The notes below the pieces were generated by a model. It was not told the origin of the DNA and made no database searches. It worked only from the letters and a program-made list of their open reading frames with translations. From positions 4,896,001 through 4,960,000 of the forward strand of contig OZ245838.1 of assembly GCA_965228735.1 (NCBI GenBank): a stretch of DNA of 64,000 nucleotides, written 5' to 3'. The stretch comes from Planctomycetota bacterium (GTDB lineage: Bacteria; Planctomycetota; UBA1135; UBA2386). Position numbers and translations under genes: made by a program. Of the stretch, positions 56,950 through 64,000 are shown piece after piece (the first letter of the stretch is position 1; each line of letters starts with the position of its first letter).

Positions 56950-58938
56950 TCAGTTGAACGTCGCCGTGTAGACGTCCGTGAACGCCGAGTCGATGCCCGA
57001 GATCGCGCACGCGGCCGGGCTGCCGAGCAGGTCGGCGGCCTGGATGTTGATCGGCAGGCCGGCGAACGCCGTGTCGCACGGCACGTTCAGCGTGACCGTG
57101 TCGCCGAAGATCCAGTTGCCGTCCGTGATCGCGACGCACGGGCAGGCCGGGAACGGCAGGGTGATCGGGCCGAGCAGACCGAAGCCGATGAACGGGATGC
57201 CGGTGCCGCCGGTCGCGGTCGCCGTGACGCTGCTGCCGATGGCGGGCGTGCCCGTGAAGTCGAGGTCGTAGCCCGCGACGTTGCACGCGCTCGACGCCGT
57301 GCTCGTGATCGACCCGGTGCCGTCACCGGTGAGCACCTCGAGCTCGAACTGACCCGCGGCGCCGTTGAAGCCGCCGACACGCACGTAGTAGGTCGTGCCG
57401 TCCGCGAGCGTCGCCGTCGCCGACGACTGGCGGGTGCCGCTGCACGGGCCGCTGCTCGCGTCGTCGTTGCAGGCGAGCGAGGTCAGGCTGCCGCACGAGC
57501 CGTCGAGGATCTCGATCGCCGTGTCGAAGTCCGCGCCGCAGGTGCGGAACGTGTGGGGCGCGTCGCACGTCGCCGTGAACGTGAACCAGACGTCGTTGCC
57601 ACCGGAGGCGCACGGCCACGGCTCGACCGAGGTCGTCGCGCAGCGCGTGTCGAACGGGCCGTTGGCGCCGATCGCGACCGACACCGCGCCGGCGCAGTCG
57701 TCGTTGGCCAGCGCGACCGGGGTCGCCGTGATGTTGACGTCGTGGATGCCGGTAGCCGAGCTGAAGCCGCCGACGCGGATCAGGTAGGTCGTGCCGGCGA
57801 TCACGCCCGTGAGCGCGACCTCGGACTGGACCCCGCCGCCCGCGTCATCGTTGCAGCCAACGGACGTGAGGTTGCCGCAGGAGCCCTCGAAGACTTCGAG
57901 CACGGTGTCGAACGTCGAGTTGAACGTATCGATCGTGAGGTCGCCGCAGTCCGTCGCCGTGTAGCTGTACCAGACGTCGCCGCCGCTCACGAAGCCGCAG
58001 CCCCAGCTCGGGCTCGAGACGCTCGAGCCGGTGCTGTCGAAGCCGACGTTCGGGCCGTTCACGACCGTGGTCGCGCACGCGCACTCGTCGTTGAAGCTGC
58101 CGACCGACGGCGCGTTGACGACCGTCACGTTGAACAGGCCGGTCCCGACCGTGGCGCCGAAGTCGCCGACGCGGAAGATGTAGTCCGTCCCGGCGAGCAC
58201 CGGGATCGTGACCTCCGAGAACAGGCCCGGGCCGCCGTCGTCGTCGCACGCGAGCACGGTGCCGCCGCAGCCGTCCCACGCTTCCATGACGGTGTCCGAC
58301 AGCGAGCCCGCGCCGGCCGAGCTCGTCGTCACGGTCAGCATGCCGTCGCAGCTCGCCGTGTGGACGAACCACAGGTCGCTGTTGAGCGAGCTGCAGGTCG
58401 AAGGCGGCGCCGACGTGGTCGCACCGAAGTTGTCGAACGGACCGTTGAGTCCGTCGAAGATCGCCGTCGCACCCGAGCACTCGTCGGGCGAATCGTAAGC
58501 GACGTTCACATCGTGGATGCCGGTCGCGGTGCTGAAGCCGGCGACGCGGGCGTAGACCGTGACGCCGCCACCGACGAGAACCGTGACCGAGGACTGCAGC
58601 ACGCCGCCGCCGATGTCGTCATTGCAGCCGATGACGCTGCCACCGCAGCTGTCCCAGAGTTCGAGGATCGTGTCGAACGTCGAGTTGATCGTGTCGATCG
58701 TCAGCGTGCCGGCTGGGCCGGCCGGCGTCGTGAACGAATACCAGACGTCGCCGCCGGTCGCGGCCACGAAGCCGCACGAGATCGCGGGTGAGGACACCGT
58801 GGATCCGGTGCTGTCGAAGCCGACGTTCGGGCCGAGGACGAGGGGCGTGGCCGTCGTGCATTCGTCCTGAGCGCTGGCCAGGGAGGACAAGGCGGCAGCC
58901 GTGACGAGCGTCACGAGGCGAGGCAATGAATTCTGCAT
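56950..58938 (-). CDS. Secreted protein with four Cys/Asp-rich (PPC-like) repeats and shared C-terminal domain
   Basis: Signal peptide; four units of D(E/D)C..D(V/L)W(Y/F)..DT..C..C(N/D)DD..RV.(G/D)F. Confidence 0.85.
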   Translation of the reverse strand: MQNSLPRLVTLVTAAALSSLASAQDECTTATPLVLGPNVGFDSTGSTVSSPAISCGFVAATGGDVWYSFTTPAGPAGTLTIDTINSTFDTILELWDSCGGSVIGCNDDIGGGVLQSSVTVLVGGGVTVYARVAGFSTATGIHDVNVAYDSPDECSGATAIFDGLNGPFDNFGATTSAPPSTCSSLNSDLWFVHTASCDGMLTVTTSSAGAGSLSDTVMEAWDGCGGTVLACDDDGGPGLFSEVTIPVLAGTDYIFRVGDFGATVGTGLFNVTVVNAPSVGSFNDECACATTVVNGPNVGFDSTGSSVSSPSWGCGFVSGGDVWYSYTATDCGDLTIDTFNSTFDTVLEVFEGSCGNLTSVGCNDDAGGGVQSEVALTGVIAGTTYLIRVGGFSSATGIHDVNITATPVALANDDCAGAVSVAIGANGPFDTRCATTSVEPWPCASGGNDVWFTFTATCDAPHTFRTCGADFDTAIEILDGSCGSLTSLACNDDASSGPCSGTRQSSATATLADGTTYYVRVGGFNGAAGQFELEVLTGDGTGSITSTASSACNVAGYDLDFTGTPAIGSSVTATATGGTGIPFIGFGLLGPITLPFPACPCVAITDGNWIFGDTVTLNVPCDTAFAGLPINIQAADLLGSPAACAISGIDSAFTDVYTATFN

Positions 58939-59145
58939 GGTCTCCAAAGGGTTGCGGGGCATTCGAGGGGTGGGTCGCGGGCCGTTTTTCATGGCGAGAT
59001 GCGAGTCCCCTTTCGAGCGGCCGCCAGGGATATCCGATCGGAGCGGTGTCGGTCAAAGCCGATTCGCGCGGCCCGTGCAATTCGCGAATCGGTTGAAGAT
59101 GGCGACCTGACTTTCTCGAGAGCGAGCATCGGCTATCATCCCCGG

Positions 59146-60060
59146 ATGTTCCTACCGCTCGTCCGCCGGATCGTCGTCGCTGGCACCACGTTGGGGCTGG
59201 CGGCGCTGCCGGTCGCCCAGGACCGCAAGTCCGACCAGGCGCCGGCCAAGGTCGATCGGCCCGCGCCGCGGCCGCTCAAGGGCTCGAACGAGCGTCACGT
59301 GCCGCAGCCGCCGCGGTTGCTGCCGGGTCGGCCGGGCCGCGATCCCGGCATCGCGGCGGCCAAGCTGCCCGCGGCCGATGCGGGAGTCGTGGCGTTCACG
59401 GCGGCCATGGACCCGCCGGCCGTCGCGCCGGGCGGCGCCGGCACGATGACGGTAGTCATGGCGCTGACCGGGGATGCGGTGCTGCCCGAGCCGCCGCCGG
59501 CGAAGTTCACGTTCGCCGGCCGTCAGGGCGCGCTGCTCGTGACGGGCCAGCCGACGTTCCGACCGGCCGAGTCTCCGGGCAGCGCGCCCGCCCTCAAAGG
59601 CCTGCCGTGCTACGACGACTTCGCGATCTTCGACGTGCCGTTCACCGTCGACGCGGCCGCGCCGATCGGCGTCCACGAACTCGAGGTGGCGATCCAGTTC
59701 GAGCTGTGGAACGGGCAGAAGGGCGGGCTGATCGGTCGGTTTCTCGATCCGGTTTCGGCCCAGGTCACGGTCGCTCGAACGGTCGCCGAGTCCACCGCTG
59801 GGGCGGATGCCGGCGCGCAGTCCCCCGCGCCGACCGACGGCGGGAGCGACGCGATGGTCTCGACAGCCGCTGCCGGGGCCGCGGGCTCGACCGGCATCGG
59901 CGGCGATGGCGGCGACCCGGCGGCAACCGCGCCGGTCGCGGGCACCGACGCGGCGGACGGGCGCGAGCCCGGTGGTCCGTCGTTCGTCCTGCTCCTCGCG
60001 GGCGTCGGCGCGATCGTCGCGCTGCTCGCGATCGTGCTCGCGTCGCGGTCGCGCAGCTGA
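59146..60060 (+). CDS. Secreted Ig-like (DsbD-N-like) protein with C-terminal membrane anchor
   Basis: Signal peptide; beta domain; Ala/Gly/Asp linker; terminal TM followed by RSRS. Confidence 0.6.
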   Translation: MFLPLVRRIVVAGTTLGLAALPVAQDRKSDQAPAKVDRPAPRPLKGSNERHVPQPPRLLPGRPGRDPGIAAAKLPAADAGVVAFTAAMDPPAVAPGGAGTMTVVMALTGDAVLPEPPPAKFTFAGRQGALLVTGQPTFRPAESPGSAPALKGLPCYDDFAIFDVPFTVDAAAPIGVHELEVAIQFELWNGQKGGLIGRFLDPVSAQVTVARTVAESTAGADAGAQSPAPTDGGSDAMVSTAAAGAAGSTGIGGDGGDPAATAPVAGTDAADGREPGGPSFVLLLAGVGAIVALLAIVLASRSRS

Positions 60061-60077
60061 CGGTCGCGCCCGCCCGA

Positions 60078-60141
60078 TTACCGCACGCCGCCGCTACCGC
60101 AAGAAGCCCCTAACGCACGAAGCCCCTACCGCACGAAGCCG
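60078..60141. repeat. Four tandem 16-bp units (consensus CTACCGCACGAAGCCC)
   Basis: Units start at 60078, 60094, 60110 and 60126; the last is the 3' end of the DUF1573 gene. Confidence 0.85.
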
Positions 60142-61304
60142 TTGAACACGACGGTCTTGCTCGTGATCTTCGGGTGGTTGAGCGACACCTGGAGTTCGCC
60201 CTTCAACAGGCCACCCGGGAGTCCGGGCGGGGCGATGAGCTCGACGATCACGCCCTGCGCAGTCTTCTTCACGTTGGTCTGGATCTGCTTCGCCGCGGCC
60301 GTCGCGCCGACGACCTGCAGGGCTTCGACCGCGAGGTCCGTGCCGTCCGTCGCGCGGAACACGACCGCCGTGCGCTTGCCGTTCTTCTTGCTGATGCGGC
60401 CGAGGGACAGGAATCCCGGCGACACCGTGACGAGGTCGCGGACGTCCGCGTCGATTCGGACGCTGAAGCCCGTCATGGCCGGGATGTCGGTGGCGAACTT
60501 GAGCGTGCCGCCGTGGCCGGCCCCCTTCGCGATCGGGCCGTAGGTGCCGCGCACGCGCCAGACCGTGCGACCGTTCTGCTGCGTTCTCTCGGGTTCGATC
60601 GTCATGCCCTTCGGCGGCGGGCCGACGAGATCGATCCGAAAGTCGCGGCGGGAGGGGGAGCGCACGAGGAACGAGAAGTCACGTTGCTCGTCGCGACCCA
60701 TGACGCCGAGCTGGATCGACGCCGGCGACACGACGATCGCCGTGTCGCGCTGCACGTCGAGTCGCAGGCGCGACTGGTGTTCGTCCTCGTCCGTGGAGTG
60801 CACGTCGACGGTCAGAACCTTGCGGCCGGGCTTGCCGCGCAGGTCGGCGTGAATCTCGAGGACGCCGGACTCGCCCGCGGCGATCGAGATCTCCTCGACG
60901 GGGCGGCGGTCCACCTTGCCGTCTTCCGTCGCCACGAGTTCGTGGATCTCGAGCGGCTTCGGGCGCAGCCGGTACCGCCGTTCGCCGACCCTGACCTCGA
61001 TGTGCGAGCACGCGCAGCTCGCCGAGACCTTGCGCCACTGCACGGCGTGGTCGCGCGGGTTGCGGAACGCGAAGTCGCCCTTCACCTGATCGCCGGCCTC
61101 GTCGCCGCGGATCGTCTTCAGCGTAGTCGGAAACCAGTCGCTCGCCGGCGGGCGGAGCGCGGTCGGAGTGCGGCGCGCGGGATTCGGGGTGACTGGCCGA
61201 CCGGCCTTCGAGGTCGCGGGCGGTGCGTTCGACTCGGTTTCCGCGGCCTGCGCGGCGAGGGCAGCGGCGAGTGCGAGGGGGACGAACAGGTGGCTGGCGG
61301 GCAT
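60126..61304 (-). CDS. DUF1573-like secreted Ig-fold protein
   Basis: Signal peptide; FAFRN..VSASCACS..IAAGESG. Confidence 0.75.
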   Translation of the reverse strand: MPASHLFVPLALAAALAAQAAETESNAPPATSKAGRPVTPNPARRTPTALRPPASDWFPTTLKTIRGDEAGDQVKGDFAFRNPRDHAVQWRKVSASCACSHIEVRVGERRYRLRPKPLEIHELVATEDGKVDRRPVEEISIAAGESGVLEIHADLRGKPGRKVLTVDVHSTDEDEHQSRLRLDVQRDTAIVVSPASIQLGVMGRDEQRDFSFLVRSPSRRDFRIDLVGPPPKGMTIEPERTQQNGRTVWRVRGTYGPIAKGAGHGGTLKFATDIPAMTGFSVRIDADVRDLVTVSPGFLSLGRISKKNGKRTAVVFRATDGTDLAVEALQVVGATAAAKQIQTNVKKTAQGVIVELIAPPGLPGGLLKGELQVSLNHPKITSKTVVFNGFVR

Positions 61305-61397
61305 GGCGGGCCGAACATGATAGCCGCGTATCGGCGCCAGGGGCGGGTGGTCCGCGCGGGAACCGCGGCGCATGCGCTCCACCCGATCTGACCGGGC

Positions 61398-63128
61398 CTA
61401 CTTGTCGGCGCTCTCGAACTTGAGGTCGGCGCGAATGCTGCAGCCGTTGCCGGCGAACCGACCGCCGAAGTGGGTGTCGGCGTCCTTCACCGTGACATCC
61501 CACCGCGAGCCGGGCGTGACGCGATGCTCGAACCAGACGAAGCCCTTGGACCCGGCGAACCCGCGCTGCACGGGTTCGCCCTCGGGATCGCCGGCTGCGC
61601 GGAGCTCGAAGTGGACGCCGCGATCGCCCGAGTCGTCGTAGCCGTGGCCGATGCCGACCACGAGCCACGCGCGCTCGGGCGCATCGCGCGGGACCGCGAG
61701 CTCGTAGGTGACCTGACGTTCCTGCTCGGGGATGCCGAACTCGGTGTTCGGCAGCAGCTCGCGCCGCTCGAACTGATCGGCGCTGGCGGTCGGCGTGCCG
61801 CCGGTCGTCGTCAGCGCGACGGGCCCGAGCAGGCCGCCGAGTCCGCCGACGTCGTGCACGCGCAACGCGAGCACGTTGTCCTCGCCGAATCGCAACGTCG
61901 AGTTGGCGAGATGCAGCGCGATGTGGTGGTCCCAGACGCTCTGCGTCCTGCTGCCGGCCGTGTGGACCTCGGTGCCGTTGAGCCACAGCGTCCACGAGTC
62001 GGCGACGCCGCCCGTCGTGAACTGCACGTCGCGGTCGCGCCATGATTCAGGCACGAACACGCGCTGCCGCAGCCATACCTCGCCGTCGAGGTCGGCGAAC
62101 CCGAGCCGCTCCCAGGCGTCGCCGGCGGACGCGGGCCGCCATTCCGGCGCGTTGCCCGGGGCCAACTCGTCGAACTCCGGCGTGTGCCACTGCAGCTTCT
62201 CCCCGCCGCCCTGCGGGGCGGGCGCGAGGCGCCAGCCCTGCATCAGGTTGCGGGCCGGCTCCGGGTCTTCGGCAAACAGCTCGAGCTCGGCGAGCACGGG
62301 CAGATGGTCGGACGCGTTGCGCCCCTGCCAGCCGTGTGGCACGACCGCGTGTTGCCGCACGCGGATCCCGTTCTTCACGAAGACGAAGTCGATCTGGCCG
62401 CCGACGTGGGCGGGGTCCCAGCCCGACCAGGTGCCCGTCGGCCCGTAGTCGTGCTCGGCCCATGACCGCGCGTCGCGCAGCGCGAGCGCGCGGTCCTGGC
62501 CGTCTTCGGCGCCGCCGCGGACGATCGTGCGATACGGGGTCGACCAGCGGTCGCAGTTGAAGTCACCCATGAGCACCGTCGGCGCGTCGCCCGCGATCTC
62601 CCGGATCTTCTCGACGAGCAGCTCGGCGCTCTGCTCGCGCGCGTGCGCCGAGCGGTGGTCGAAGTGGGTGTTGAACACGAAGAACACCGAACCCGTCGCG
62701 AGCGAACGGAACTCGCACCACGTGCAGATGCGACGCAGCGATGCGCCCCACGCACGGCTCGGCCGGTCGGGGGTCGGCGAGAGCCAGAACGTCGCGCCAT
62801 TCGTGCGTTCGAGCGCGTTCTTGTTCCAGTAGATCGTCGAGCGCTCGCCGCCGGCGCGGCCGTCGCGCCCCTCGCCGAACGAATCGTAGTCGGGCAGTGC
62901 TGCGTGCAGGTCGACGATCTGCCTCCACAGCGCCTCCTGCACGCCGAACACATCGACCCGGTGCAGCCGCAGCAGCCCGGCGACGCGGTGGCGGCGGAAC
63001 TCCCAGCGGTTCTCGCCGTCGCGTTCGTTGTGGTAGCGGATGTTGAACGACGCGACGCGCAGCGTGTCCTGGGCGACGAGGTCGGTCGCCAGGGCCACGG
63101 CGCCGAGCAGAGGAAGGAGCGACTTCAC
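61398..63128 (-). CDS. Secreted endonuclease/exonuclease/phosphatase fused to a GH2-type sugar-binding domain
   Basis: SFNIRY, GVQE, FWLS, NTHFD, MGDFN, IDFVF and SDH; then DGEVW.RQ..LWLNG..NVLALRV.D.GG.GG. Confidence 0.88.
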   Translation of the reverse strand: MKSLLPLLGAVALATDLVAQDTLRVASFNIRYHNERDGENRWEFRRHRVAGLLRLHRVDVFGVQEALWRQIVDLHAALPDYDSFGEGRDGRAGGERSTIYWNKNALERTNGATFWLSPTPDRPSRAWGASLRRICTWCEFRSLATGSVFFVFNTHFDHRSAHAREQSAELLVEKIREIAGDAPTVLMGDFNCDRWSTPYRTIVRGGAEDGQDRALALRDARSWAEHDYGPTGTWSGWDPAHVGGQIDFVFVKNGIRVRQHAVVPHGWQGRNASDHLPVLAELELFAEDPEPARNLMQGWRLAPAPQGGGEKLQWHTPEFDELAPGNAPEWRPASAGDAWERLGFADLDGEVWLRQRVFVPESWRDRDVQFTTGGVADSWTLWLNGTEVHTAGSRTQSVWDHHIALHLANSTLRFGEDNVLALRVHDVGGLGGLLGPVALTTTGGTPTASADQFERRELLPNTEFGIPEQERQVTYELAVPRDAPERAWLVVGIGHGYDDSGDRGVHFELRAAGDPEGEPVQRGFAGSKGFVWFEHRVTPGSRWDVTVKDADTHFGGRFAGNGCSIRADLKFESADK

Positions 63129-63143
63129 GCCCGCAGGATACGG

Positions 63144-63998
63144 CTACCGGATCACGTAGCCGGCGTCGTGGCGCTGCAGTTTCTGTAAGTTGACGGTCGC
63201 GATGGCGCGGACGAGGTCGATGATCGGCGCCCGGGACGCGAAGACGGCGACCGGCTGCGGTTTGGCTCGCGATGCATCGATCGTTGCGTCGAGCTCGCCG
63301 ACGAACGCGAGGAAATCGCCGGGCAGCATGCCTTCGGAAGTCGTCGACGTCGTCGTGCCGGGGTCCTTCGTCGCGATGAGGCGATGGACGTTCGCGTCCA
63401 CCGACTCGACGTCCGCGCGCAGCACGGCGGCGGCCGTGGCGAGCAGATCGGCACGCGCGGGATGCCACAGGCTGCCGAGGAACTTGCCGTCGAGGTTCGG
63501 GGCGACGATCAGGTTCTGGCCTGCGATGAGCGCCCAGGTGTCGAGCAGGTTCGCCGCCGGGGCTGCGGTCTCGGTGTTCATCGTCAGCGGCATGGCGGCG
63601 GTCGCGCCAGCCGGTCGCAGGGCGACGACGACGCCGCAGCCGGTCGGCCGGAGACCCGCGGCTTTCGCCGCTGCGGCGAGCAGCGCGCGCCACGGCACGT
63701 CCTCGACCGCGATGTCGAAGCGCGCGTCACGGGCCGCCGGCATGACGAGATCGATGCCGGTCTGCGCGTGCAGCTTCTTGCCGAGGGCGGTGAGTGTCAG
63801 TCCCTTGGCCGTGAGCGTGATGCGGGCACGCTCGGGCGACGGCGGGCGCGCGTCGGGGTGATCGTCGACGAGGAACACCCGGCCGAACTGCCGGATGGAG
63901 CCGCCGCATTCGTGCGCGATCCGTTCCAGGGCTTCCGCGAAACCGCAGTCCGCGAGGTCGACGCGCGACTCCCGTCCCAGACCTGGGAAACGGGTGTC
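63144..63998 (-). CDS. Hypothetical protein with STN/secretin-N-like repeats, 5'-partial
   Basis: Frame stays open to the window end; repeated units such as ITLTAKGLTL..TGIDLV..VEDVPWRALL. Confidence 0.5.
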   Translation of the reverse strand, partial: DTRFPGLGRESRVDLADCGFAEALERIAHECGGSIRQFGRVFLVDDHPDARPPSPERARITLTAKGLTLTALGKKLHAQTGIDLVMPAARDARFDIAVEDVPWRALLAAAAKAAGLRPTGCGVVVALRPAGATAAMPLTMNTETAAPAANLLDTWALIAGQNLIVAPNLDGKFLGSLWHPARADLLATAAAVLRADVESVDANVHRLIATKDPGTTTSTTSEGMLPGDFLAFVGELDATIDASRAKPQPVAVFASRAPIIDLVRAIATVNLQKLQRHDAGYVIR

Positions 63999-64000
63999 GA

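Noticed and set aside
60078..60141. CRISPR array
   Set aside because: The units are contiguous 16-mers without spacers, and no cas genes are present

Overview
A 64 kb, very GC-rich bacterial chromosomal segment. Gene content (several ECF sigma architectures, an ECF/Ser-Thr kinase pair, LRR and TPR proteins, many large secreted proteins) suggests Planctomycetota, which is an inference only. Housekeeping genes are argS, an ABC-F ATPase, moaA, rsmD, a ctaA-ctaB-ABC-DUF420 cluster and recN, interspersed with secreted hydrolases and fusion enzymes. A probable decayed accessory region (~23.15-39.0 kb) begins with a tyrosine-integrase remnant and carries an AlgE-like barrel, an MgtC-family gene, an ECF+kinase+secreted-protein triad, SulP, two gene fragments, and a membrane-anchored ECF fusion facing a Cys-rich secreted gene pair. 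The main candidate novelty is a ~120-140 aa C-terminal domain shared by four otherwise unrelated secreted proteins, possibly a sorting or surface-display signal. Also notable: an ECF/LRR-ectodomain pair, a heme-c/Cu-monooxygenase/TPR lipoprotein, a FlgM-like small protein, and two long inverted-repeat (MITE/REPIN-like) elements. No rRNA, intact tRNA or CRISPR array was seen. Start codons were re-chosen by eye and all family calls come from motif recognition, not database searches.
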